Shown piece after piece: positions 9,546 through 19,191 of a stretch of 33,469 nt of DNA (position 1 is its first letter; every line of letters begins with the position of its first letter). Source of the DNA: Oculatellaceae cyanobacterium bins.114 (lineage in GTDB: Bacteria; Cyanobacteriota; Cyanobacteriia; Elainellales; Elainellaceae); the NCBI GenBank assembly GCA_033764315.1, contig JANRJA010000044.1:1-33469 (forward strand), written 5' to 3'. A program made the translations under genes and the position numbers. Under the pieces are notes generated by a model, which had not been told where the DNA came from, ran no database searches, and saw only the letters and a list, made by a program, of their open reading frames with translations.

Positions 9546-10592
9546 CTATTGGCGACGTTTGAGCCAGAACTTAGCTCCCATCGTACTCAGCATCAACAAA
9601 CCTAGCACTGAAGAAGGTTCAGGGACAGAAACTGGGTCTGGATCAGGAGACGGACTGGGAGAAGGATCCGGGCTGGGTGCAGGAGAGGGATCCGGGCTGG
9701 GAGATGGGGAGGGATCCGGACTTGGAGATGGGGAAGGATCCGGACTTGGAGATGGGGAAGGATCCGGACTTGGAGATGGAGAGGGATCCGGACTTGGAGA
9801 TGGAGAGGGATCCGGGCTTGGAGATGGGGAAGGATCCGGGTTTGGAGATGGGGAAGGATCCGGGTTTGGAGATGGGGAAGGATCCGGGCTGGGAGCAGGA
9901 GAAGGATCTGGACTTGGAGTCGGAGTTGCGATTGGATCAGCAAGCAAGCTGACATTATCAAAATTAGTTTGGGCCCCTGCTGAAAACAACCGGATGGTTA
10001 ACCTTTCGCCCAACCCTAATGTGCTTGAAGTCGAAGTGAACGTTAGGGTTGAATCAAAAAATTGACCCAGTGGAAAACTAGCTAGATTATTTGGAGAGGA
10101 CAAACTATTTCGGGCGATCAACTCTGCTAAAGTATCTTCCTCAAGAAGTTGAACACCTGCATAAAGTTGCACTGTGAAATTGGGGATAGTGGACGCAAAT
10201 CCACCTAAATCATTGCGCCAACCTACATCAACATTTAAGGTGTAGTTTGTGTCTGGCGCGAGAGTATCAGTGAGTTGTTGAGAGATAAACCCAGCGTTGA
10301 CATAGGTTACATAGCCATCAGGACTAAGTGGTGCGTCAAATCGGCTAGACGCTGGCCGATAAATCCCTGAACTGATCTGTCCGATAGTCCCATCTGGATT
10401 GGTCTGTGCTTCTTGTGTCCAACCACTAACGCTAGTTGTAAAACCGTCTGAGGGTAACGTAATGCCTTGATCAAATGATGCATTTTGAATGGTCAGTTGA
10501 GCGGCTTGTGCTGGTTGAATCGTGATAGTAGAGATAACCGGAAAAGCACTCAAAACAAGCACTTTAGGGAAATTATTGGCGATCGCTCCCAT
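9546..10592 (-). CDS. PEP-CTERM sorting-domain surface protein: signal peptide, carbohydrate-binding-like beta-sandwich, Pro/Ser/Asp stalk
   Basis: C-terminal [26 protein letters not shown]; signal peptide ending AQA from ATG 10592; NASF...FDNV domain boundaries. Confidence 0.85.
   Translation of the reverse strand: MGAIANNFPKVLVLSAFPVISTITIQPAQAAQLTIQNASFDQGITLPSDGFTTSVSGWTQEAQTNPDGTIGQISSGIYRPASSRFDAPLSPDGYVTYVNAGFISQQLTDTLAPDTNYTLNVDVGWRNDLGGFASTIPNFTVQLYAGVQLLEEDTLAELIARNSLSSPNNLASFPLGQFFDSTLTFTSTSSTLGLGERLTIRLFSAGAQTNFDNVSLLADPIATPTPSPDPSPAPSPDPSPSPNPDPSPSPNPDPSPSPSPDPSPSPSPDPSPSPSPDPSPSPSPDPSPSPSPDPSPSPSPDPSPAPSPDPSPSPSPDPDPVSVPEPSSVLGLLMLSTMGAKFWLKRRQ
9631..9920 (-). repeat. Coding tandem repeat, 12 x 24 bp ([12 protein letters not shown] octapeptide)
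   Basis: GGATC recurs every 24 nt from 9640 to 9904. Confidence 0.95.
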
Positions 10593-11399
10593 AGAATAAA
10601 AATTGTTTCTTTGAAGGGTAAATGCAGGCATACGATTACTAACCCAGACGTAGATGAATGGCGGATTAAGACATCGGCTATTAACAACTGTTGAGGCAGC
10701 AACTGTCACCGATGACTGTCAAGTCAAAGCTTTAATAAACTTAGTCAGGAATGAAAAATAAATTAGCAGTCAGGCAATTGGCAGACACCTAAACCACTTT
10801 GCAAGGGGGTCAATACTACTAAGAGAGGTATCAGTATCAGAGTAAAACCGTTTGATCGGCTTAACTTTAGCTTTAGGTAAAGTTAATTAAAAAAGCCATT
10901 GCTGAGCAATTCCCTGATCCAAACAAATAGCCTCCTTTAATCACTCTGAATCGACAACTAAGTGCAAAAGATTGCACATCTAATAAGAGCGTCTGTTACC
11001 TGAAAAATAATAATTCTTTCGGAGAAGAACTAAGATTGTTCATGGCAGCACGGGGCAAGCTCTAAAACCGAGCCCCAAAAGACAGCCTTTATCAGCTTGA
11101 TGTTACAATTTTTACAATATACTGATTCTGTTTTTCTAGTATCTTTATGCGATCTTCAGAGGGATCATAAATTTAAGCTGTTTATGTAAAGATTGAATGA
11201 ACTGAAGCTATAAATAATTGCTAAATACCGAGAGCCACTTTAGCAACTTTTAGGCTTTAAAAGCCGTATTAGTTCAGTATTGGTAAAACATGGAGAACTA
11301 GTCGTTTAAAACAAGTGAGGATGTACTGATTTCTGTGCAGCACGTCCTCATATCAAGATCATGGCTTGCTTCACTCCGCCCTTAATCCTGCCTCACCCG

Positions 11400-11527
11400 C
11401 TAAGTACTGCTTTTCACAGATAGGATTCGGAAATAAAACTAAGGAGGTGTGGGGGCTGCGCCCCCAGCCAGGGGTTTCACCCCTGCACCCCAAACTCCCA
11501 CCCCTATTTACGACGAGTTGTACTAAG
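11400..11527. repeat. MITE-like/short dispersed cyanobacterial repeat with a double hairpin
   Basis: TGGGGGC-tgc-GCCCCCA (11450-11466) and CAGGGGT-ttc-ACCCCTG (11469-11485); imperfect terminal IR CTAAGTAC/GTACTAAG; partial related copy at about 12110-12150. Confidence 0.6.
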
Positions 11528-11915
11528 TTGCTTCTCTCAATAGCAACCCACTGATTTGCCCCTCACTGTTTAGCTGAATGGCAGCATCCAGTTGACCTCG
11601 CTCAAACACGAGGCGATAGGTTTGCCCAACTTGGCGAATTTCTTGATAACTACCCAACTCTTGTTCCAAGAAAGTGCGCCCCTCTTGCAATTCTGAGAAG
11701 GGCACCTCAGCTAAAAATTCGGGGGCAAACCACGCTTCCTCAATTTGAGGTGCTGAAAACACCCGTTCTAAAGCGGCTTGAGGAGTGATCTGGGTGCTAT
11801 TTTGGGCGATAACTTCGCTGTTTTCTAAAGGGGGAATTGCAAGTGAAGGCTGAGCCGATATCCCTGCCGAAGCTAGCAGAACTGTCACCGTACATAAGCT
11901 AAGAAGAGTTCTCAT
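11523..11915 (-). CDS. Exported small protein resembling the N-terminal domain of cyanobacterial serine hydrolases (DUF3887/Cpe-LpqF-like)
   Basis: Signal peptide MRTLLSLCTVTVLLASAG...PSLA; ALERVF..WFAPEFLAEVP..LGSYQ..VFERG..GQISGL pattern. Confidence 0.6.
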   Translation of the reverse strand: MRTLLSLCTVTVLLASAGISAQPSLAIPPLENSEVIAQNSTQITPQAALERVFSAPQIEEAWFAPEFLAEVPFSELQEGRTFLEQELGSYQEIRQVGQTYRLVFERGQLDAAIQLNSEGQISGLLLREAT

Positions 11916-12171
11916 ACGTTTCACCAAGTTAAGTAAATGAGCACTCTCACGATAGGTGCGATCGCCCTCACTCACCTCCCCCAGACGGCTAACCTATCTG
12001 GACACTTTGTAGGGGGTTAATGATCAACGGTTCTTGATAAATCACCGCTTGTCTATAGCTACTGTCGAGACAGTTGAGACAAAGTGACACAAGGTGAGAC
12101 AAAGAGAGATGGGGGCAGAACCCCTGCACTCCGTCCTAACTAACCCTGCGATTGCTATCAGTATTCATTTT

Positions 12172-13020
12172 TTAAAGCCGCAAAGCGAGCTGCCGCCGGA
12201 TCGCAGTTCCCATAAGTCGCCAAGGCACGCTGGAGGTTTTAACGATTTTAGTTCGCAAGAATTTGCCTGTTCCTAAACGAGCCAACCCTTTGTATCGTGC
12301 TTTTAACCGAGCAAATAACAAGCTTTCATCTTCGGCGTAGGCGGGGGTAAAGGCTAGTTTGTTGTAGAGTACGTCAGCGCGATGGATACCACTCATCCCA
12401 TTTTTGCGATGTTCTGGATTGGATTTGCCACCATGTTCACCGTAGTTGCGAAAGGGAATATAGTTTTTGAAGCCGCGATCGCGCAGGTAGCGATCAATGT
12501 AAGAGTCAAAGACATTGTATCCAGTGCCATATTTTTGGGTAACTTCATCCACCAACCCAGTTAAGCAGGCAGCCCCTTGAGGAGTCAGAATGTATGCGAC
12601 TAAAGCTGTTGAATATCCTTCGATAAATCCTTCGGCTGTGACGCTATACATTTGTGGCGCACAGGTATAGAGCCACGCAATCCCCACTTTGTCTTGTTGC
12701 GCATTAAACGGTAATGGCAATTGTCCCAATCCTACGACAGGCACATAATCGGCTTCCACAATCATAGTGGGCTGGGTTGCTTGAGCAGCTTGTTCCCAGG
12801 CTCGACAGTGATTTAACATGCAGCGATAAGCGGCTGCATAGTCTTTGTATTCTGGCTTGTCTTCTTGACGTTGAACCTCACACTGCAAACCTTCTTGAGC
12901 GATCGCGCGTTGCAATTGCTCTGTAGATTCTTTGTAAGCGATAACGATCACCTTGTTGAGGCGATCGACCAATCGGTGAGACTGCTGGGTTTGATTGACG
13001 GTTGAATGAGTTGTATTCAT
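12172..13020 (-). CDS. LPS/EPS biosynthesis glycosyltransferase (GT25-like)
   Basis: CMLNHCRAW, IVEADY, STALVAYILTP, PFRNYGEHGG and HRADVL motifs; start chosen at ATG 13020. Confidence 0.75.
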   Translation of the reverse strand: MNTTHSTVNQTQQSHRLVDRLNKVIVIAYKESTEQLQRAIAQEGLQCEVQRQEDKPEYKDYAAAYRCMLNHCRAWEQAAQATQPTMIVEADYVPVVGLGQLPLPFNAQQDKVGIAWLYTCAPQMYSVTAEGFIEGYSTALVAYILTPQGAACLTGLVDEVTQKYGTGYNVFDSYIDRYLRDRGFKNYIPFRNYGEHGGKSNPEHRKNGMSGIHRADVLYNKLAFTPAYAEDESLLFARLKARYKGLARLGTGKFLRTKIVKTSSVPWRLMGTAIRRQLALRL

Positions 13021-13302
13021 GCTCAACCTGTGGGGTCGCAATTAGACAAAAGGGATCAGCAAAACCTTGGCATATTCTAAGAGTTAAGAGCAATGTTTTC
13101 TAGCTAATTTTTACGCAAACAACACAAAGCCCCTAATGGAGCCAAGAACAGTGGTTCGATAGGCTCACCAAGCGAAGCAGGAGACCGTGTTCCATGACAT
13201 GCCCTCACCTCCAAGCTAGAGGATGGAGGATAAAGGTTTTGCTGAATTGGGCTCAGTTTGATTGAAGACAATCCTAAATTGATTATTTTAGGGAGAAAAA
13301 TT

Positions 13303-13728
13303 GTGACCAGTTTCAACCAGATTTCTCGCTCGGTGGCGATCGCCTGTTTTGTGGTTGGCACCATTCCTTGGGTTGCCCAGGCTCAATCTACTGAGACTTG
13401 GACTGATCAAGTCATTGGTAGTTATCAAAGCCGCATTTGGAGTGGAAGCTCTGTTATTCCTTCTACCACCGAATTTATTCGCTCGACGGATGGCTCTGTG
13501 CGAGGTCGCTACACGATGGTTGAGGCAGATGGCTCGGTTCCAGGACTATTGTTAAACTGCCAGACGGTCGAGACAGAGACGTTGCGGTGTGACTGGCAGG
13601 ATAAATATGGGACGGGTACTTTTGAAGCCAGTTTTTCTGGAGATTTTTCTCGGTTTAACGGTTATTGGGGCACAGGTGATGAAGAACCGTGGTTGCGCTG
13701 GAGTGGTTTGCGATCGGGTCATCCCTAA
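13303..13728 (+). CDS. Hypothetical exported beta-rich protein
   Basis: Signal peptide ending VAQA from GTG 13303; WQDKYGTG and FNGYWG strands. Start codon uncertain (ORF opens at 13258). Confidence 0.6.
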   Translation: MTSFNQISRSVAIACFVVGTIPWVAQAQSTETWTDQVIGSYQSRIWSGSSVIPSTTEFIRSTDGSVRGRYTMVEADGSVPGLLLNCQTVETETLRCDWQDKYGTGTFEASFSGDFSRFNGYWGTGDEEPWLRWSGLRSGHP

Positions 13729-13768
13729 AGTGGGAGAATGAACGTTAACGGTTAGTAAAGAGGTCAGA

Positions 13769-15076
13769 ATGAGTGCGATCGCCCATCAGCTAGAAAGCAT
13801 TGTGGGTTCAGGGGCAGTGATTGCTTGGGAAGCAGTAGAGCCGACGCCCAAAGCCTGTTTTCAGTCAGCATTACAACCTGGAACTCAAGTTAGTTGTGTG
13901 GTGTATCCCAATACACTTGCAGAACTGATGGAGGTGGTTGCTTGTGCTCAGAGCGATCGCTGGCGAATGTTGATTTGTGGCAGTGGCAGCAAACTGGCCT
14001 GGGGTGGGTTGGCAACCGGAATTGATGTTGTGATCAGCACTGCCCGATTGAATCGCTTAATCGATCATGCTGTGGGTGATCTCACTGTAACCGCAGAAGT
14101 GGGCATTCCCTTTGCCGAGTTGCAAGAGCAATTGGCTCAAGCCCGGCAATTTTTGGCGATTGACCCTCTCTATCCTCAGCAAGCGACCCTCGGTGGCATT
14201 GTGGCAACGGCTGACACTGGGGCACTACGACACCGCTATGGGGGCATTCGCGATATGTTGATCGGTATCTCTATGGTGCGAGCGGATGGGCAACTTGCTA
14301 AAGCCGGAGGTCGAGTGGTCAAGAATGTAGCGGGCTATGACTTGATGAAGCTGTTTACGGGTTCTTATGGCACTTTGGGCATCATCAGTCAGGTCACTTT
14401 TCGCGTGTATCCTTTGCCAGAAGCCTCTCGCACGGTTGTGTTGATAGGAGGTGCAACGGCGATCGCTCAAGTGACCCACACACTGTTAGCCTCAGCCCTT
14501 ACACCAAGTGCAGTTGAGCTAATTTCACCGCATCTTAGTCAAACGGTTGGCTTGTCATCGGACATCGGTCTGGTAGTTAGATTTCAAAGTATTGCTGTGA
14601 GTGTAGAAAAACAAGCGGAGCAACTGCTACAAGTTGGCGAAGCCTTGGGGTTAGAGGCGGTGGCTCTAGACGATGCGCATCAGTCAACTCTTTGGCAAGC
14701 ATTACGAAAACCAATGGAGTCAGATGCCCAAGAGTCTACAATTCTTGTCAAACTGGGAGTAGTTTCTAATCAAGTTGTTAATCTCCTCGATAAAATGAGC
14801 CATTTCATTCCTGAAGGAGCTTGTTCAATCCATGCCAGTAGTGGCTTGGGGCTATTGCGTTGCGGTCAGGAGGCATTGCCCAAACTGATGACACTACGCC
14901 AACTGTGTGAAGCTCATCAAGGATTTCTCACTGTGTTAAAGGCTCCTACTGAGTTCAAACAGCGATTTGACCTGTGGGGATATAACGGCAATGCTCTAAG
15001 TCTGATGCAAAAGCTTAAAGACCAGTTTGACCCTAATCAATTACTAAATCCTCAGCGTTTTGTCAGTGGTATTTAA
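13769..15076 (+). CDS. glcE: Glycolate oxidase FAD-binding subunit
   Basis: GSGSKLAWG, HAVGDLTVTAEVG, ATLGGIVATADTG, GGRVVKNVAGYDLMKLFTGSYGTLG and LKDQFDP motifs; upstream of glcF. Confidence 0.9.
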   Translation: MSAIAHQLESIVGSGAVIAWEAVEPTPKACFQSALQPGTQVSCVVYPNTLAELMEVVACAQSDRWRMLICGSGSKLAWGGLATGIDVVISTARLNRLIDHAVGDLTVTAEVGIPFAELQEQLAQARQFLAIDPLYPQQATLGGIVATADTGALRHRYGGIRDMLIGISMVRADGQLAKAGGRVVKNVAGYDLMKLFTGSYGTLGIISQVTFRVYPLPEASRTVVLIGGATAIAQVTHTLLASALTPSAVELISPHLSQTVGLSSDIGLVVRFQSIAVSVEKQAEQLLQVGEALGLEAVALDDAHQSTLWQALRKPMESDAQESTILVKLGVVSNQVVNLLDKMSHFIPEGACSIHASSGLGLLRCGQEALPKLMTLRQLCEAHQGFLTVLKAPTEFKQRFDLWGYNGNALSLMQKLKDQFDPNQLLNPQRFVSGI

Positions 15077-15176
15077 TCAGAATCAGGACTAGAGGATGGG
15101 GAATAGGGGTTAGGCTAGATCCCACCTCGCTCCGATTGATGATCACAGCCGTCCTAACCCCCTCATTGCTGAGTTC

Positions 15177-15350
15177 AGACGCGATTAATCTTCTCAGCAA
15201 AGGCGTGATTAATTCTCTAAATACAGACGTGATTAATCTTCTCAGCGATTAATCCTCTCAGTAAAGACGTGATTAATCTTCTCAGCGATTAATCTTTTCA
15301 GCAAAGGCGTGATTAATCTTTTCAGTAAAGACGCGATTAATCGCGTCTCT
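15177..15350. repeat. Intergenic tandem array of 8 GATTAAT-core units ending in a perfect 20-bp palindrome
   Basis: GATTAAT at 15183, 15207, 15231, 15247, 15271, 15287, 15311 and 15335 (periods 24/16); AGACGCGATTAATCGCGTCT at 15329-15348. Confidence 0.9.
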
Positions 15351-15380
15351 TCTAAGCCCACACCCCACCTCTACTCCTTT

Positions 15381-16706
15381 ATGACTGCTCTTGAACCCTC
15401 CCCAACCTTTGATGCCAACCATCCACCGGAACCCAAGCTCATTGATGCTTGCGTTCACTGTGGCTTTTGTTTGTCTACTTGTCCTAGTTATCGGGTGATT
15501 GGCAAAGAAACTGATTCTCCCAGGGGCAGAATTTATTTAATGGATGGCATCAATGAAGGAGAGATTCCTTTATCACCTGCGATTGTTCAGCACTTTGACT
15601 CTTGTTTAGGATGTCTGGCCTGTGTCACCACTTGTCCTTCAGGTGTGCAATATGACCAATTGATTGCAGCAACTCGTCCTCAAATTGAGCGCAATCATTC
15701 TCGCAGTTTGGGCGATCGCCTGTTTCGCCAATTGATCTTCTCTCTGTTTCCCCATCCTGATCGGTTGCGGATGCTGTTAGTTCCCTTATTTATCTACCAA
15801 AAGTTGGGATTTCAGGCCGTGATGCGTGCCATTGGGGTACTGCCCCGAATTTCTCCTCGGTTAGCCGCAATGGAATCTCTGTTGCCTCCTGTCACTGAAA
15901 AATCGTTTCAAGACAACATTCCCGATATTATTCCGGCGCAAGGGAAAAAACGCTATCGAGTCGGCATGATTTTGGGCTGTGTGCAACGACTATTTTTCTC
16001 AGACGTGAATGAAGCAACGGTTCGAGTGCTAACGGCTAATGGGTGTGAAGTGGTGGTTCCCAAAACACAGGGATGCTGTGCAGCGTTGCCCCAACATCAG
16101 GGACAGGAAGTACAGGCACAGACATTGGCACGGCAAATGATTGATAGCTTTGCTGATACGAATGTTGATGCGATCATTATCAATGCAGCAGGGTGTGGTC
16201 ACACGTTAAAAGAATATGGACACCTATTGCAGGATGATCTGGCTTATCGCGATCGCGCTAAGGCGTTTGCTAGCAAAGTAAAGGATGTGCAGGAATTTTT
16301 GGGGGCGATCGGTTTGACGGCTTCGCTCTCACCCTTGCAAGACAAACCTTTGACCTTGGTTTATCAAGATGCCTGCCATTTATTACATGGACAAAAAATT
16401 AGTCTGCAACCGCGTCAACTGTTGCGGCAAATTCCGGGGGTGACGCTGCGGGAACCGATCGATGCGGCGTTGTGTTGTGGGAGTGCGGGGGTTTATAACA
16501 TGCTGCAACCTGACGTCGCAGAAGAACTAGGTCGCCAAAAGGTTGATAACCTGTTGAATACGGGCGCAACGTTAATTGCATCTTCTAATCCGGGGTGTTC
16601 GTTGCAGATTCAAAAACACCTGCACCAAACAGGCAAAATTATCCCTGTGATGCATCCAGTTCGATTGCTAGACTATGCAATTCGTGGAGTGAGACTTGAA
16701 TTGTAA
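15381..16706 (+). CDS. glcF: Glycolate oxidase iron-sulfur subunit
   Basis: CVHCGFCLSTCP and CLGCLACVTTCP 4Fe-4S motifs, two CCG domains (GCCAA, CCGSAG). Start reassigned to ATG 15381 because the 15309 start lies inside the repeat array. Confidence 0.93.
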   Translation: MTALEPSPTFDANHPPEPKLIDACVHCGFCLSTCPSYRVIGKETDSPRGRIYLMDGINEGEIPLSPAIVQHFDSCLGCLACVTTCPSGVQYDQLIAATRPQIERNHSRSLGDRLFRQLIFSLFPHPDRLRMLLVPLFIYQKLGFQAVMRAIGVLPRISPRLAAMESLLPPVTEKSFQDNIPDIIPAQGKKRYRVGMILGCVQRLFFSDVNEATVRVLTANGCEVVVPKTQGCCAALPQHQGQEVQAQTLARQMIDSFADTNVDAIIINAAGCGHTLKEYGHLLQDDLAYRDRAKAFASKVKDVQEFLGAIGLTASLSPLQDKPLTLVYQDACHLLHGQKISLQPRQLLRQIPGVTLREPIDAALCCGSAGVYNMLQPDVAEELGRQKVDNLLNTGATLIASSNPGCSLQIQKHLHQTGKIIPVMHPVRLLDYAIRGVRLEL

Positions 16707-16770
16707 GGTTAGAAAATGTAGATCGAGTTTTACAGTTAAGGCGGTGTTGATCTGTTTTGTCTGAGAGTGA

Positions 16771-16796
16771 AGCGGGGCGTTTTGCGAAATGCCTCT
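16771..16796. repeat. Degenerate REP-like hairpin downstream of glcF
   Basis: GCGGGGCGTTTTGCGAAATGCCTCTG imperfect palindrome. Confidence 0.4.
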
Positions 16797-17001
16797 GTTG
16801 TCATGATCAACGTTTATGAATCGTACCTATATTTAGCAACGCCCCACTTTCAATAAGGATTGTGGTTGACAAGATACTGACAAACTGATGGAACGGATCA
16901 TTTGGAGATCTTGAAGGCGTTATTAATATAGCAATCTCAAATGGGGTGTGCCTCTCACAGCCTGTCCCGTTCAAGCAACTGAAGAGTTTCCATAGCTGCT
17001 G

Positions 17002-17970
17002 TTATGAGACGAATAAAGCAATGAGAAACAGTGGATAAGCAACTAGCAAAATTACTCCTTGGGTCTTATCAAGGTAGCCTTTGAAGGATGCCAATAAAAT
17101 GACCAACGCTAGCGATCCCAACATGAACATGAGCGGAAAATGCAATAGGCTAGCTTCCACAATTTTTAATGGACGAGCGATCGCGGCTGCCCCTAACGTC
17201 ATTGTGACGTTGTATGTAAATGATCCGACAACCCCTGCAACGGCGGCTTCAGTTCCTCCACGTCGGGCGGTTGACCAGGCCAAAACCACTAACTCAAAAG
17301 CGGTCGCAAAGCCAACAAGCGTGAGGGCTAGTTTTGTCTGGGTTGCTTCAACCTGGCTAATTTGGCAGACTGCTTCTACTAACAAAATAGACCCTAAAAC
17401 CATGCCAACAAGCCCAGCAAAAACCAAGAGCAGGTCTTTCCCAACTCGGTGTTGAATCCCTTGCTTTTGTTCAGTGGCTAGTTCTGCTGATGCCTCCGCT
17501 AGCTCTCCAGTTTCACCTAAAGCAGGGGGAGTGCGTTCAATCCACCAGATGACGGCGATATAGAGACCATATAACCCAATCAGACATAACCCTTCGAGAC
17601 GGTTAATGGTGCCATCCCAAATAAACCCAGTGGCTATAACACCTATGGGTAAGCCAAATAAGGCATAGCGCATGACTCGTGGGTTAAATGGCAGAGGAGC
17701 AACCCATGCACCAACTCCCAAGGCGACAAGACAGATGGCAATGTTTGCTCCTACTACATCGCCAAAAGCGATCGCCGGAACATTTCTTAGGGATGCCGTA
17801 ACGGCTGTGGCTAACTCTTCTGGTTCTGCTCCAGCAAGCAACAAGGCGAGAGCAAATGAACTGACTTGCAATCGAACAGCGGCGGCTCCGAGGTGTTCAG
17901 CGAAGGTTTCGGCTCCCCAAACAATTAAGACTACACCGATCACAATGAGTAGTCCCCAAACTAGAACCAC
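17002..17970 (-). CDS. Sodium:calcium exchanger (CaCA/YrbG-like) family protein with atypical alpha-repeats
   Basis: Two 5-TM halves; IAFGDVVGANI and GVVGSFTYNVT; GTG start with SD GGAGGTG just upstream. Confidence 0.8.
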   Translation of the reverse strand: MVLVWGLLIVIGVVLIVWGAETFAEHLGAAAVRLQVSSFALALLLAGAEPEELATAVTASLRNVPAIAFGDVVGANIAICLVALGVGAWVAPLPFNPRVMRYALFGLPIGVIATGFIWDGTINRLEGLCLIGLYGLYIAVIWWIERTPPALGETGELAEASAELATEQKQGIQHRVGKDLLLVFAGLVGMVLGSILLVEAVCQISQVEATQTKLALTLVGFATAFELVVLAWSTARRGGTEAAVAGVVGSFTYNVTMTLGAAAIARPLKIVEASLLHFPLMFMLGSLALVILLASFKGYLDKTQGVILLVAYPLFLIALFVS

Positions 17971-18223
17971 AAAACACCTCCAGTCGCAGCATCTATTCAG
18001 TCTAAGTGTGTAAGTCTAAGCTTGACTCATTTCAGGTGTTGCTGATCGACTGGATGAATGTTGTCTACCATGATGTTGGTGTCAGACGTTGGTGTCGGTA
18101 GAAAATTTTGATGTTGAGTTTGAGGAGATTTATCGTTGCACAATTTTGCTGTTGTGCCTTGGGAATATCTATAGAAGCAGTGTGATCAAGCTCTTGAGCA
18201 AAAGGTATGTTTCTTTTGAGGTT

Positions 18224-18943
18224 CTAGCGGTTTTCTGGCTCTAGTGACTGGCTCACACTTTGGAGGCGATCGCGATCTAACAACTCAATGTGTGATCCAT
18301 GAATAGCAATCATTCCTTCTTGGCTGAGGCGACAAAATGCTCTAGACAGTGTGGCTGGAATTGTGCCAAGTAGTGCTGCCAATTGGCTTTTGTTTAGATC
18401 TAAGCTTAGAGTATTGCTGTTGCTTGTACGCTCATCTAGATTCAATAAATAGGTCGCCAAACGTTGAGGCACTTCTTTAAATGATAGTTCTTCGACCAGG
18501 TTGCTGAGATTTCGGGAGTGTTGGGAAAGACTAATGAGCATGTTGATCGCGATGTCAGGGTCTTGACGAAGCAAATTTAGAAACGCAATTCGTGGGAAAA
18601 AAACCAGTTCTGATGCGTCTAAAGTTGCAGCTGAGGCGGGTAAATCTTTGCCATCTAAGGCTGGGACTTCCGCAAAATGTTCTCCTGCCTTGAAGATGTG
18701 GAGAATTTGCTCTTTGCCGTGAGCAGACACCTTAAAAGCTTTGACTCTTCCTGTTTTAACGATAAAAAATCCTGTAGCCTCACTGCCTTGATGGAAGATC
18801 AGTTCTCCTTTTTTAAAGGTTTTGAGGTGAGCAATTTGAGTCAGGGGCAGCAGAGCAGACAGAGAGAATCCATGAAAGATCTGGGTTGACTGCAACCAAT
18901 TTGATAAATCTGAGAGGTTTGTCATGGGGTCTGCCGTGCTCAA
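18224..18943 (-). CDS. Crp/Fnr family transcriptional regulator (Dnr/HcpR-like; start may be ATG 18925)
   Basis: IFHQGSEATGFFIVKTGRVK, GKEQILHIF, FAEVP, VPQRLATYLL, HTH LAALLGTIPATLSRAF; no FNR N-terminal Cys cluster. Confidence 0.9.
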   Translation of the reverse strand: MSTADPMTNLSDLSNWLQSTQIFHGFSLSALLPLTQIAHLKTFKKGELIFHQGSEATGFFIVKTGRVKAFKVSAHGKEQILHIFKAGEHFAEVPALDGKDLPASAATLDASELVFFPRIAFLNLLRQDPDIAINMLISLSQHSRNLSNLVEELSFKEVPQRLATYLLNLDERTSNSNTLSLDLNKSQLAALLGTIPATLSRAFCRLSQEGMIAIHGSHIELLDRDRLQSVSQSLEPENR

Positions 18944-19025
18944 CTTGCAGGACTGAATATTGTCAGTATTTTAAGTTTGGTTTAGCGTGTTAAGTTACAA
19001 AACTAAATAGCTTTTAAGGATTAGC

Positions 19026-19068
19026 TTGACTTAAGTCAAAGCATTTTCAGTGTTGTTTTTTTTATGCT
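19026..19068 (+). promoter_or_regulatory. Crp/Fnr-type operator TTGAC-N4-GTCAA with a -10 element for glbN
   Basis: Perfect palindrome TTGACTTAAGTCAA at 19026-19039; TATGCT at 19063-19068, the spacing expected for a class II activated promoter. Confidence 0.75.
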
Positions 19069-19191
19069 GAAAAGGCTTGATTAAGGTATTAAAAATGGCA
19101 TTCAAACGAATAATTGCATGATTCAATTATTCGATCAAGATCCTGTAGTTAATCCTTGTCTAAACACATCTGAAATGAAGTGAGAAGTCTG

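Noticed and set aside
9559..10065. Gly-rich + strand ORF and other frames over the 24-bp repeat
   Set aside because: Shadow ORFs of the PEP-CTERM Pro/Ser repeat.
11102..11118. RpaB HLR1 site (GTTACAAT-T-TTTACAAT)
   Set aside because: Half-sites are separated by 1 nt rather than 2.
15177..15350. CRISPR array
   Set aside because: Periods of 16-24 bp are too short, the intervening sequences resemble each other, and no cas genes are present.
15309..15380. N-terminal extension of GlcF
   Set aside because: It is translated repeat sequence; ATG 15381 is more plausible.
17971..18223. yybP-ykoY (Mn) riboswitch upstream of the exchanger
   Set aside because: No GGGGAGTAG...GAGACC signature; only a short GTTGGTGTC duplication.
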